In this document: positions 20,741 to 33,922 of the stretch, one piece after another
Layout of the letters: each line of letters begins with the position of its first letter
Position numbering within the stretch: position 1 is the first letter of the stretch
Source: Macrostomum lignano
Taxonomy: Eukaryota
NCBI GenBank assembly: GCA_002269645.1
Contig: NIVC01003406.1
Coordinates: 12,747 to 76,746 of the forward strand
DNA: 64,000 bases
Reading direction: 5' to 3'
Notes under the pieces: generated by a model
The model's database searches: none
Told to the model about the DNA's origin: nothing
What the model saw: only the letters and a program-made list of their open reading frames with translations
Translations under genes and position numbers: made by a program

Positions 20741-23156
20741 TCACAATATACTAAATCTCTAAGATCTGTCTGTCTGTCTGTCTGACCGGTATTCCAGTCC
20801 ACAGCCTGAATGCCTGAACCGATTTTTTTCAAACTTGCTTTATTCAATTGCAAATTCTTGTGAGATTGTGTGGGTGTAATTGCAGTTAAAAAATTCGAAT
20901 GGGAAGATGGTTAAATAATCGAAAAACGAGTTTTCCCTATGCTTTCACTGGGAGGCTAGAAAAGGTCAAAATCTCGACTAACTGAATAGCAATTCCAATT
21001 AAGATTGCGCCACAACTTTTCTCTATTCACTGTGTAGGCCCCAATACTGGCTGCAGTGTGCAAGGGGGAGGAGAATGCTCAGTGGCTGCGTGTGTACATT
21101 CTGACCCTGGCTGACTGGCGGACTGCATAGACAATTGCTATTTATAGATTTCACTCAACTGTGCATTGGCTCTGCCTGCATACAACCTGTGCACACTGAA
21201 CAGCCTATCACTGCTATGTATTTGACTGCAGTGCCGAAGCATATATGGCTGATTTTTGCGCCCTCCGATCAGAAAGTGGAGTAGCTGCAGTGTAGGCACT
21301 AGGACTAGGTTTAGGCTAGGCGTAAGGTCCAAGGTTCGACTCTGCCTCCTTGGTGTATGATTAAAATTAAATTTATTTATTCATTTATAGCTTCCTCTCA
21401 ACTAATTGAAATATTTTTGTTGAATTCGCAAGGCACACTTAATGAATAATTTTTGCCATATACAAAATTATTCAAATTCACTAAGCAAATCTGATTTGTA
21501 AAAAAACTGCTTCGAGCATTACTTATCGCATCAATGGGTATTGCCTACTAGCTCCATGAAAGTATGAAATTGCTAAGCTGCTAAATTAATTAAGGCTGAA
21601 TTGGGAAAAAACTGCCGATATGTATCAAAAATTGATTAGTGAACTGTAATAAATGCTGAGAAAAAATTAAGATTCTTGAAAGGATCCTTTATTTCAGTTT
21701 GCTAAATATACTGAGAAGCCCGCCGAGAGGAGAACTGCAGACTGCTGAGGGGAACTGCAGATTGGCGAAAGGATCATTCATGCAGACAGCAAAGGGGACA
21801 AACTGAAAACTGCTTAGGTAGTTCTTCCAGACTTATAAGGCTATAGCTGCAAACTGCTGAGGGGAACTGCTTGGAGGATTGGTAGACTTCTGAGCTGTTG
21901 TTTGCTGAGGGGACAGTTCTAGGCTGCTGAGGAGATAAATGCTTAATAATTGTTATAGACTGCAAGGGGATAACTCCAAGCTGCTAAGATAATGACTGCA
22001 GTCTGTTTTTTTGGGATTGGAAGGGATAATTTTAGGTTGTTGTGGAGACATCTCAGGAATTACTGAGATGTCAAGTCTTATTGGTTGAATTGCTGAGATG
22101 TCATGGCTTTTTGGGGTAATTTCTGAAAATTTCAAGGCTTATGGGAATTTCTGAGATGTCAAGGCTTACTAAGGGAATTCTTGAGATGTTAAGATGTCAA
22201 GGCTTATTGAGAGAATTACTGAGATGTCAAGACTTATTGGGGGAATTTCTGAATGTCAAGGCTTATTGGGAGAATTGCTGAGATTTGATGGCTTTTTAGG
22301 GTAATTTCTGAGATTTCAAGGCTCACGGGAATTGCTCAGGTGTCAAGGCTTACTGGGGGAGTTACTGAGATTTCAAGGCTTACTAAAGGGAATTCTTGAG
22401 ATGTTAAGATGTCAAGGCTTATTGAGAGAATTACTGAGATGTCAAGACTTATTGGGGGAATTTCTGAATGTCAAGGCTTATTGGGAGAATTGCTGAGATT
22501 TTATGGCTTTTTGGGGTAATTTCTGAGATTTCAAGGCTCACGGGAATTGCTCAGATTTCAAGGCTTACTGGGGGAATTACTGAGATTTCAAGGCTTACTG
22601 GAGGAATTTCCGAGATGTCAAGGCTTACTGGCCTGGGAGAATAGCGTAGATGTCAAGGCTCGAGTTTAATTGCTAATGTCGATGCTTACTGAGGGAATTT
22701 CTCAGATGTCAAGGCTCGTGGGGGATGGCTGAATTGTTGAGATATCAAGGCTCATTGGGGGTGGCTGAATTTTTGGGGGGAGGGGGTTAGGTTGTTTAGC
22801 GATTGTCAGATCGTCAAGTAGTACGGCTCAAGTAGATCATTTAATTTGATAATGGAATAGTACACAAAAATAAGAGCTCCTGCTGCGGACCAGAATATAC
22901 TCAAGCCAATGAAGATATGTACTAAGAGTTTCTGCTTAAAAGGATAAGCACTATTTGCTGATTGAATAAGGGTTTTAGGCTGATAAAGGAAACATTTTAG
23001 GCTGGTGAAAGTTTTGATTTATGGCAATTTTTTTGCCAGTAAGCGAAAAAGTAACTTTTGATTAATGGAAATTGAAATTAATGGTTATTCTTGGGTCAAA
23101 ATAAAAACCACTTGGTGTCAATTTTAAGGCCCCCCAGCGGGGGGCTAAATGGCTAG
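20741..23156 (+). mobile_element. Non-autonomous Helitron-like element with internal degenerate CTGAGATGTCAAGGC repeats
   Basis: 5' A|TC ACAATATACTAAA...(TCTG)n...GAACCGATTTT. 3' hairpin GCCCCCC-AGC-GGGGGGC followed 7 nt later by CTAG|T. Confidence 0.7.
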
Positions 23157-26100
23157 TCCAATATACTAAAAATCAAAACTATGTACCTATAGGAACCTTC
23201 GCTTAACTTGACTCTACATGTTCGGAATTTCGTGGGGTTTTCTGCATTCGATGCGTATTGATGGTGCGCTGGTACACAAAATTTTGCTATGAAATTGCTT
23301 CCTTTTTCGGGCTTAAATATTCGAAAAACTCGATTTTCTCCCTGTTTTTTTAAAGTTCAAACAGTTCTTTCCGATTGAGAAGCAGTCTGACTGCCGATGG
23401 AATTGTATTGCATCATAACTCAGTGCCAACTATAGCATTGGTTCTCTACACTCGCGTGGAGAGCTACAAGCGTTGAAAGGTTGCGCAACACCTTTTAGAT
23501 ATTGAAATTGAGGGGCGGGTGTCACTATTCAATTATTCATGGGCTGGCTTGGTTGTTAATTTCAATGCATCAACTTGCAGGCCTCTCACTGTAGCTAGCG
23601 CTGAATGTACACCTTATGAATTTGAATGCTTTAAAGCAGGAATGTTCAATCGTTGTTTGTGCTTCGAGTTTTTTACTTTCAGAAGAGAGCCTTGTGCCCT
23701 TGTATTGCTAGAAAGAGCTTGAAACGCTGAGTTCGGGAATATAATTTCTTTGCTTAGATTCGAAAAATTGAAAGCACAGCATTAAAAAGAAGATTCCTAT
23801 GAATTTTACTTTATATACTCATTGTACACTCTCCAATATCGCAAACCCCTACTTTATCGCAACTCCACAATTCAAGCCAGCGCCATTGAATTTAGATTTA
23901 GATTGCGTAACCATATTGGTGACTTTATTTGAAACTGATACAGACTGGCTGAGAAATTATGTCATAACTGCTTCGTATGATTTACTCTGTGCGTGGAGTT
24001 TTGAAAGTGTTGAATTATGTACTCGTAAGTGCTACAATTTATGTTATCAAAACAATGAGAGATAGCCTAGAGGCAAACAGACTGACCTGCTAATGCAGCG
24101 ACGTGGGTTCGAATTTTTAAATTGTAGAAGTTTTTTATTAAAAAAATTAATTTTAAACTTTTTAGCTAAAGAAAACTAAAAAACGTCAGGTAAATCAGGT
24201 AGAAGAGAAGCTACGAGTATTCATGTAGTATATTCAATTTTTTTTATTAAACTGAGATGCCAAGGCTAAGAGGGAATTTCTGAGATATCAAGACGTGAGG
24301 GGAATTGCTGAGATTTCAAGACTTACTGGGGGAATTACTGAGATATAAAGGCTTACTGAGATAATTACTGAGATGCCAAGGCTTAAGAGTGAATTGCTGA
24401 GATGTCAAGGCTTGAAGAGAATTTCTGAGGTGTCAAGGCTTGGTGGGAATTGCTGAGATGTTAAGTCTTGGGGAAGAATTCTATGGATTGGGGAATCTTT
24501 GAACGAGAGATGCTTCTAATGGATATCTCGAGGAGATTAGGGGATTCTTTGGCCAAAAATTCTATTCATGGGCGGATTATTTGGATGGGAGATTCTTTGG
24601 ATTCCTTGAATGGGGAATTCTGTTGATGGGGATTATTTGGACGTGGATTTTTTAACGGGTTTTTTAGATGAGGGTATTCTTTGGCCAATTATTCTTTTGA
24701 TGGGAGAATCAATGGATAATGTGGATGGAGATTCTGTGGATGGGGATTATTTGGACGTGGATTTTTTGAACGGGTTTTTTTAGATGAGGGTAATCTTTGG
24801 CCAATTATTCTTTTGATGGGAGAATCAAAGGATAATGTGGATGGGGATTATTTGGACGTGGATTATTTGCATGGAGATTATTTGGAGGGGGATTCTTTAG
24901 ATAGGAATGGATGGGGATTGATAGGAGGATTCTTTGGATAGGGATAAATAGGGGCATTTTTTCGATAGGGATGGATGGGGGATTCTTTGGATATGGATGG
25001 GTGGGGGGATTCTTTCGATAGGGATTCTGTGAATGAGGGATTCTTTAAATAGGGATTCTTTTGAAGGGGATTGTTTGCATGTGAGATGTTATGGATGGGC
25101 AATGCATTGGATGGGAAGTTCTTCAGATAGGAGAATTCCTTGAATGGGGAATTCTTTGGATCCGGGATTCTATTGATAGCTGGGTTCTTTGGATGGGGGA
25201 TTTTTTTATATGGATGGAGGTCGGGGATTTTTTGGATAGGGATGGATAGGGGGATTCTTCGGATCGGGGATTCTATCGATGGGGTTCTTTGGATGGGGAT
25301 TCTCTGCATGTAAGATTCTATGGATGGGCAATTCTTCAGATAGGAGAATTCCTTGAATGGGGAATTCTTTGGATGGGGGATTCTTTAGATGGGGGATTCT
25401 TTGGATGGGGGATTCTTTAGATGGGGGATTCTTTGGATGGGGGATTCTTTGGATGGGGGATTCTTTGGATGGGGGATTCTTTAGATGGGGATTCTTCGGA
25501 TCGGTGATTCTATCGATGGGAGGTTTTTTGGATGGCGGATTCTTTGCATGTGAGATTCTTTGTATCGTGGATTCTATGGGTGGTGTATTCTTTGGATGAG
25601 GGATTCTTTGGATGGGAGATTCAGTTGGGTGAAATTTTATTGCGTGGGAAAACTGTGGCTGGAGTTTGGACGGAAAGCCCCAACGGGAGTTGGAATTGGC
25701 TAGCTGAGGAAATGGCTTCACTAATCTTGCAGGAGGTAATTTCTATCAGGGGATGCTTGCTATCGGAAGGACGCTCGCTCTTTGGGGATGCTTGCTCGGA
25801 AGAGAATTTTAAGATGTCAAGATTTACAGGGGGAATTATTGAGATACATGTATAAAATCTTACCTTGGGGAATTAATGACATGTGAAGGCTTAAGAGGGA
25901 CTTGCTGAGGTGTCAAGTCTTGTTGGGGAATTGCTGAGATGCCAAGGCTTAAGAGGGAGTTCCTGAGATTTCAAGACTTGGGAAGGAGAATTACTCAGAT
26001 GTCAAGGCTTAGGGGAATTTCTGAGATGTCAAGGCTTGTGGGGGGAATCGCTGAGTTGTGAAAGCTTAAGAGGGAATCGCTGAGATGTCAAGGCTTGTGG

Positions 26101-27315
26101 GGGAATTGCTGAGGTTTGAAGGCTTAAAAAGGAATTGCTGAGGTCTTAAGTCTCGGGGAGGGGAATCGCTAAGATGCCAAGGCTTTGGACGGGGAGAAAT
26201 TGCTAAGATGTCAAGACTTACTGGAGGAATTACTGAGATATGAAGGCTTACTAGGAGAATTACTGAGATATCAAGGCTTGGGGAGGGGAATTACTGAGAT
26301 GTCAAGGCTTTTGGCGGGGAGAAATTGGTAACATGTCAAGGCTTGCTCCGGAATTGCTTAGATGTCAATGCTTGGGGAAAATTTCTGAGGTGTCGAGGCT
26401 TGGGGAAATTGCTGAGATGTTAAGTCTTGGGGGAATTCTATGGATTGATGATTCTTTGGATGAGGGATGCTTCTAATGGATAAATTTGGATAGGTGATTC
26501 ATTGGGCAATTTCTTCGGTGGGGCATTGTTTTGGTGGAGGGCTTTTTGAATGGGGGATTCTTTAGATGAATGATTCTTTAGATGGGGGTTATTTGAACGG
26601 GGGTTCTTTAGATGAGGGGATTCTGGGATTCTTTGGCCAATTATTCTTTTGATGGGGGATTATTTCAGGATGTGAATTCTTTGGAGGGTGATTTTTTGGA
26701 GGAGGAATTTTTTGGATATGGATGGTTAAGGTGATTATTTAGATAGAAATGGATGGGGAAATTCTTTGGATAGGGATGAATAGGAGGATTCTTGGGATAG
26801 GGACCGATGGGGTATTCTTTAGATAGGGATGGATGGGCGATTCTTTGGATAGGGATGGGTGGGGGGATTCTTTGGATAGAGGGTTTCTGTGGATGGGGGA
26901 TTTCTTGAATAAGGGATTCATTGGACGAGGAATTCTTCAGATGGGAGGATTCCTTGAATTGGGAATTCTTCGGATCGGGGATTCTATCAATGGGATGGAT
27001 GGGGATGGGACGGGAAGGATTGGTATTCTTTGCATGTGAGATTCTATGGATGGGCGATTCATTAAATAGGGAATTCTACAGATAGAGGATTCCTTGAATG
27101 GGGAATTCTTCGGATCGGGGATTCTGTCGATGGGGGGTTCCTTGTATGGGGATTCTTTGGATGAGGGTTTTTTGCATGTGAGATTATTTGCATCAGGGAT
27201 TTTATGGATGAGAGATTCTTTGGATGGGGGGTTCAGTTGGGTAAATTTCTTTTGCGTGAGAAAACTTTGGTAGGAGTTCTGACGGAAAGCCCCAACGGGG
27301 GTTGGAATTGGCTAG
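23157..27315 (+). mobile_element. Second Helitron-like element with a duplicated ~1.6-kb block and two 3' termini
   Basis: Starts TCCAATATACTAAAA directly after the previous CTAG. The order [CTGAGATGTCAAGGC arrays]-[GGGGATTCTTTGGAT arrays]-[CCCC-AAC-GGG hairpin...GGCTAG] occurs twice, with CTAG at 25700-25703 and 27312-27315. Confidence 0.62.
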
Positions 27316-27730
27316 TATGGAAACTAAGCGAGTCGGAGAAAAGAATGCGACTGCGCAACAAATTAAGTCAGCAGGGTGCACAGTGCGTACGGTACGGGGA
27401 AAGGACAACTTGTTACAAACCGCCCACTTCAGTAATATAGCAATCATCGGCAACCGCCACACCAATATAATTATTTTTCCAATTTTTTTTCTCCGCCCCC
27501 ACCTCAGGGGTTTGCCACGCGCTGGCACCTGCTGCTAACACAGCAAATAAGCCTACCCTACCATCGAGTATAACAAGCGGGCACTCCCCATGCTACTGTT
27601 TGAGGCCGTGTCCGGGGATTCGGACTCGGGGACTCGGTCTATTTTCACAACTAGGTCCAGCCAGAGGCTGAGGCGCGAAACCGGCCCTGCGGCTGCGGGC
27701 TGCGAGGCTGTTCGCCTGTTCTTGTTAGGG

Positions 27731-28095
27731 CTGGGTTTTTTTCCGCCAGAGACAAGGTACAAAATCGCACCTTGTGCTAAATTTCAAGGTGCGATTTTAA
27801 GGCTCAGAGTGCAATTTCTCTTGAGTCTTGTTTCAGACAACTGGGAATGTATATTTTAATATCTTACATAAGGCTATAGCCATAGGCTATATCGCCTATA
27901 TGACTTAATAGGATTTAAAGAGTTATTTTGTTTCATATTTTAAGGCAGTGCATGAAAAAATAGCTTAAGCATGGTTAAGCCTTAAAATAAAAATGGTTAT
28001 AAGACCGCACCTAAACCGCACCTACTTTTTTAATTTCAGGGTGCGATTTTAAAATTTAGGGTGCATACGCACACTCTGCGCACAAAAAAACCCTG
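27731..28095. mobile_element. Possible MITE (TIR-like CTGGGTTTTTTT / AAAAAAACCCTG, internal GGTGCG/CGCACC repeats)
   Basis: Imperfect TIR; flanks match only 4/8. Confidence 0.4.
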
Positions 28096-31000
28096 TGTTC
28101 GATTTGTTGCGCTGATTACTAACAGTAGGGTAGAGCTGCCACCACCGTAATTCTCGTATTACGGAATGAATATATCTCAGCTTTCTTTGAGATGAGAACT
28201 TAGGTTATTTTACTCCCCACGGGCAAATGCCTCAAGATAGACTACCGGGGCTTCGATTGATTAAAGAAAAAATAAATACGAGCATATTAGTTGTGGTTAT
28301 TATAATTAATTAATATTAATTATTATTTTAACGGCAAAATTATCAGAGTTATTAAGCAAGTATTAATTAATCAACGACGGGCCGCAACTACTAGAGCCTA
28401 AAGATCCGGCGTGCCGGGGTGCTGAATAAATAACTAAATAAAGTAATTATAGGTGTCGCAAACTATTGAGCTGTACCGAGGATTAAGTAAGATAGAACTA
28501 ATAAGGAAAATAAAAGAGTCAACGAAATAACACTAAAAGTCCTACGGAGTCCAAAAGTATGTCAAATAAGGGGTCAAGACGAGTTAAAGTCGCACATCGC
28601 TTCAGAGTTAATTGCAAAAGGGGCGGTACATCATCGATTGGGACACGCATTGGTGCCGACATTGGGGCAAAGCCGGGAGCCACGGATGGCGCGCAGAATG
28701 AGCAAAATAAAATTGAACTTATTAACGTGCAAAAATTAAAGACGCATGGGAGGGGCAACAAAGGGGCCACAACAGGGAAGGAAACAAACCACAAAAGGGC
28801 GCAACAAGGGAACCAACAGAGGGGACAAACACGGGAGATGGCAGAACGCGTCATAGGGGCACCTCATGGTGGGCGAACAGGACCAAAACCGCGGGCGAAA
28901 ATAGAAAAAACTGTGGTAGCCCCAACTACCACACCCCGATTACAAGAATCAGAATCGGTTCAGATCTTCCAAGAAAAAACTAGCAGTATAACAATTTAAC
29001 TTTGGTGAATATTTGACTGCCTTAACAGCAGCTCACTTTGCACAATGTTTCACTTTCTTCTCGGCTATTCCCATTCAATAATTACAACTTTATAGCACCT
29101 ATAATCCCCGAGTTTAGGAGACAACAGTTTACAATACTTTACAAATTGGATCCAGTTCAGCCTATTGCTTGTCGAGCAAGTTCGTCATGCAGTGCCTATA
29201 GGTCTCGCGGCTTTTTAAATAAAGACGGTCTCTGCCAACCGCCACGAACACTCCAGCTTGAGAGACCTGGTTCTCCCTGACGTCTGGTCGTTTGCAGACC
29301 CGAGACGCCGAGAGATTATATGATACCACGGTTCGCCCGGACGTAACGAGCCGAGTACTTCCCCCACCGCTGGTCAGGACTCAGAGGACCACCTGCAGGG
29401 GTTCCCCTTGTCGGACGATGCCCCCTGCAGCTAAGCCAGCCAAAGTCAAAATTTGCCTCATGGGCACCCGGCCTTGTCCGGATTTAGCTCTTAGGGATTC
29501 TAATCCTTATAAGAAATTAGCAAAGAATAAGTTTGCATAAAGGTCAAGGTGAAAGAATATTAAGCGAGGTGAAAGTTAAGTTAGAAAGACAGAAGCAGAG
29601 GCCAAAAGATAAGGTGCCTAAGGGCCGGGGACAATTAAAGGACAGCAGCAGAGATTATGTATGATAAGAATCTATAACAGCCCCTGCACCTTCCATTCCA
29701 AGATATCAGTTCAAGCGAGATGATGTTTTGCGTCAGCCGAGGTACATGTACATGCATGTACCATGCAGTGCCACGCAAACCAATACGGCAAGATACAATT
29801 AGATACCCGGACTGGCGGGCGAGGCACAGCAACGGTTGGCAGGTAAATTCAGCACCGACGCACGTGAGATTCGGCCAGGGAGCAAAGTCGCGGCTCATCT
29901 CGAAACCGATAACTGAAGGATAGACTGGTGTCCGGACGTGCGAATCGATCGGAAGATGATGGACTCTAGACTGACTTCCACTAACCGCCTGACTCAACCT
30001 TGCCAAATAACTGATAGCAAATATTCTTCCTCGCCCCTTAGCAACGCGCCAGTTTATTGTAGAAAAATGTTGCTGCGTTTGTTTTTTGAACCCTGCCGTC
30101 GCTAGCCAGCGGTGGGAAGTGACGTATCTAACATCTATAGCTATCAAATACACAGGACCTCGGGGCCCCGAGCGAGCACGCTCACACTTCAACTCTCGCT
30201 TATACTTTGGACTCCGTTCTGAAGTCCCACAAAACCTCTGGAGTCATTGATCATTTGTGCTGAAGGCACAAGAGTTAACTAAAAGTGATCTCTATTTGTA
30301 ATTAGCCCTATATGAGGCTCGGGAAAGCAAATAACGACTAATCCCCAAGACAAAAGAAAGAGAGAGAGAGAGAAGCCGGAGGCCAAAGGAGGGTCTTACA
30401 AGCTCTTTCCCACCGGCCTCTCTCAGGACGTCGGCTGTGCTGACAGGTTGCTACAGTTCATGTACGTATGCTGAAACTCCAATGGCGTCTCCAGCAGCAG
30501 CTTCAGATTGTCTAGCAGCAGCAGGCGCGTTAGCGATGGCGTGCGATGCTTATGATTTGAATGGTATGGGTTAGGACGGACTGATGTGAAGGCACATGAG
30601 CTCCTTCCCGTTGCACTGCAATCGATCACTACTGCTAGTAGGAATGAAATCTTTTCCATTTTTCTCTTATCTTCCACATTCTTAACTTCCCCTCAGCACT
30701 TTTAGCTTCTCTCTTTAGTACTCTTTTGTCTCCCTTATAAATTTCCCCCTCTCTCTCGCTCATGTTTTTTTCTTCTTTTCCATTGGGCTTCTATACCAGC
30801 TCACTTTTCGGGTCATAAATCACCAGATGTCAAGGTTGGGCGGGCGGCTTGCGGGTCTACTGGCTGATGGTCTGGGTGAATCACGTGACTTTTTAGAAAT
30901 TTTTTGATCGACAAGCCGTCAATCACATGATGAGACCCAGCCTATTGTGCAGATTATCCAAGCGTGGTGACATTCTGACATCTGTGACCTTTTGCCCCTA

Positions 31001-32683
31001 TGAAAGGATTATTTGTTTTAATCCTAGTCATCTTGTAGATTATCCCGTTGCACTCTCTTCTTCATCACTGATTTAGTGTACATTTTCATGTTGATTTTGG
31101 ACTCATAAATGATTTTCTATCGAAATAGGATGATTTATGGTCGCACAGCTGTCACTTTTTTGGGGTTTCCCAGAGCCTGATAAGATTTCTCGTTTTTATG
31201 GCTTGAACAAGCTCAGCTGAGATCAGAAAATTTGAGGTACGTTTTAACAAATCGGCTCAACCAAACAGAATTGACGTGTTCCACTATAACAAATCACGGG
31301 AAAGTTAGTTTCCATTTAAACCGCACATTTTTCAGGTTTGGCGTCTTTTCGACCCTTTTGCTACTACTGACGGGGGCGGCAGGCGCCGAGATTAGCTGGC
31401 CGCAAGGCCCCTATCGCAACCCAAGGTAAAAGATATTAAGGTTTAAACCTGGGGTGCGCCCAGCCGGCAGGTTCGCAGGGGTGGCTTCGACGACCCTCAT
31501 CCGGCTGGTATCTCAGACAAAGGCGCGATGGTCATGCACGGATGTTGTCCCGGGTGGTCAGCTCGTCCATCCGCTGAGGGTGGCTCTCTTGGTTCTCACT
31601 TCCGCTCCCGCCGCACTCAACCGTCTTTCTGTGTGAAGAAGACTAGCCTAGAGATTCCGCTCCCCCTTCCTTAACTGGATTGCGACATCTTGATCCCCGG
31701 CCGAGCGACATCAATACAGAAGACACCATCTTCGGGCTCAACTGCTAGGACTTCATCGAAAGTCGGCTGTTCCTGAGCTACGACTATACGAGCACTACCT
31801 ATCTGGCCCCGTTTTCAGTAGCCGAAAAGCTGAAGTTTTTGGGACAGAAATCCAGCGATGAATACTAAGCAGCTTGTTCGCCCTAAATCAATTCAAGATA
31901 ATGCACTCGCGAGCTTAGTGAGAAGGCAAATATGATTGAATACTTTGTTTTGTTTTCCTTTTTAGATAAGCAATGCGAACTGAGATGAGCAGATGAAGGT
32001 GAGGGTTGAAGTTGACCGAAAGGCCAAACAGTACTCAGTTGATTGATCAATAAATAATTTTGAAACAGAATTCAAGCCAGTCATGTACTTTAGTGCTGAC
32101 TCAGCAGCATCAAAGTGGCTTTTAACTGTAAGAATTCACCAGCTAGGGTCTGAGAGGGCCGTGACTGCTCTGCATCACCGCTATTGGAAAGTTTGCAGTC
32201 ACATTTATGGCCAGAAGCTTGCATACAGGAATTTGATATTGCAATAGTACATTCTCTGACCTTGAAGTGCCGCCTCGCGAAGATCCTCTGCAGGTTAGAA
32301 GTCCTCTCTGTCCCTGCGTGGTCAGTGCGATCAAGCGGATGTGCCTCCAAGATTGACAGCTAAAATACACTGATTGACAGGTTGGTTCAGAGCCCTTTTG
32401 TATAGTCAGGAACACGATTTTGCGAGAGCTGGTTTGGTGAGCCACTTTGCACGGGTTTAGTGGCGGCGAATTGGCCCAAGCTAATAGTCTTGGCTCTGAG
32501 GCGGCTTTCCTGTAGTGTGAAATTGAATAATAGCGTTCGCCGCGCGGGAAGCAGGATGCCAGCAAGGACCACTAGGAACACTTCGTTATATACAGTCTAG
32601 TAGTCCTTGGATGCCAGTTCCGTAACTTGCAGTGGCGATCGGAGAGAAATGGCCCACTAGACCAATATACTTTTCAATGGAGG

Positions 32684-32733
32684 GTTCATCGGAAGTCAGA
32701 GTTTAAGGCCTTAAACTCTGACTTCCGATGAAC
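32684..32733. other. Perfect 50-bp spacerless palindrome
   Basis: GTTCATCGGAAGTCAGAGTTTAAGG|CCTTAAACTCTGACTTCCGATGAAC. Confidence 0.97.
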
Positions 32734-32793
32734 ATCATAGCTTAAAATTTCAACACACTGTTTCTTTTTTCTTACGTAATCTACGCGGGTGGG

Positions 32794-33216
32794 TTTCACA
32801 ACCGCGAAATTTCACAACCGCTAAAAGCACTTGCTTTCATAAACGCGAAACTTCACAAACGCGAAACTTCACAAACGCGAAACTTCACAACCGCTAATTT
32901 TTTTGCAGTCACTTTTATAAACGCGAAACTTCACAACCGCTAATTTTTTTTCCAGTCACTTTCACAAACGCGAAACTTCACAACCGCGGAACTTCACAAC
33001 CGCGAAACTTTACAACCGCTAAAATTTTTGCACTTACTTTCATAAACAACAGTCTTTTTAGCGGTTGTGAAGTTTCGCGTTTGTGAAGTTTCGCGTTTGT
33101 GAAACTTAGCGCTTATGAAAGTAAGTGATTTAGTGGTTGTGAATTTTCGCGGTTATAAAGTTTCGCGGTTGTGAAAGTAGGTGATTTAGCGGTTGTGAAA
33201 TTTCGCGTTTGTGAAA
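32794..33216. mobile_element. Foldback-like element made of inverted arrays of AAACGCGAAACTTCACAACCGC
   Basis: The repeat units switch orientation near 33050. Confidence 0.7.
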
Positions 33217-33922
33217 GCAAAGCACTTTATTGTACACTGTCGTGAATTCTTATCAGTCGAAGCTGCTAAGGGGGTTTGAGAGAAGGTTACCTCCACCTCG
33301 CCTATGTCTCACCTTTAAGTCGCGCACCTAAAGTTACCCACCCCTTACTCTGCACCCACCCCTAAACTAATATATATTCGCGTGTCTAGAGGTGGAATCT
33401 CAGATAGAGAAAAGCGGACGGCTGCAAAGATGGAGGCACCGCTCATTGATTGGAAGCATTTGCCCTGCACAGCATGAACGATATTATGAGCATTACTGGA
33501 CAGCTGAGCGAGTGAACGACTAGGAGGTACCTAGCCAAGCGTCGCGACCGGTCGCTTCAAAAGACGAGTGAGTCTGTTCAGGTTGGCATTGAATCGTCAT
33601 GATCTAGAGCAAGAAGCTGGGTCACCCGAACATGCTGATGCTGTTGAGATCGTCGGTGAGACTGCAGTATCGACGGAGGTTAGTGTCTGCTCTAAAGCTG
33701 CCTACTCTGTTGGTACGAAGTTTGCCTTCAACAATTACACCTTTCACGGATGTTCCTTTAATTAGGCATTTCTGTAGGCTTTACTTCTACAGAAATCAGC
33801 AAATTGTAGTCGTAGAATTACTGAAAGAATAAGAACGCAGTCTAGTTTATTATTTTTTATTTAATGACTTTTATTACTTTGCTCGACCAGTATGTGTTTA
33901 TCAACTACAAAAATTTACATGA

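Noticed and set aside
21275-21355. tRNA-like sequence with GGTTCGACTC
   Set aside because: The T-stem and anticodon arm do not pair
24055-24115. tRNA-like A box (TAGCCTAGAGG) and B box (GGTTCGAAT)
   Set aside because: No complete cloverleaf; at most the head of a degenerate tRNA-derived SINE
24878-27039. Pro/Lys-rich or Gly/Trp-rich ORFs
   Set aside because: Translations of the degenerate GGGGATTCTTTGGAT arrays
29220-29233. TAAAGACGGTCTCT resembles my recollection of the 5' part of a flatworm spliced leader
   Set aside because: The reference is from memory, the match ends after 14 nt, and there is no following ATG-GT donor or Sm site
28519-30192. ORFs of 110-185 aa
   Set aside because: No recognisable domain or consistent splice signals; probably degraded repeat DNA
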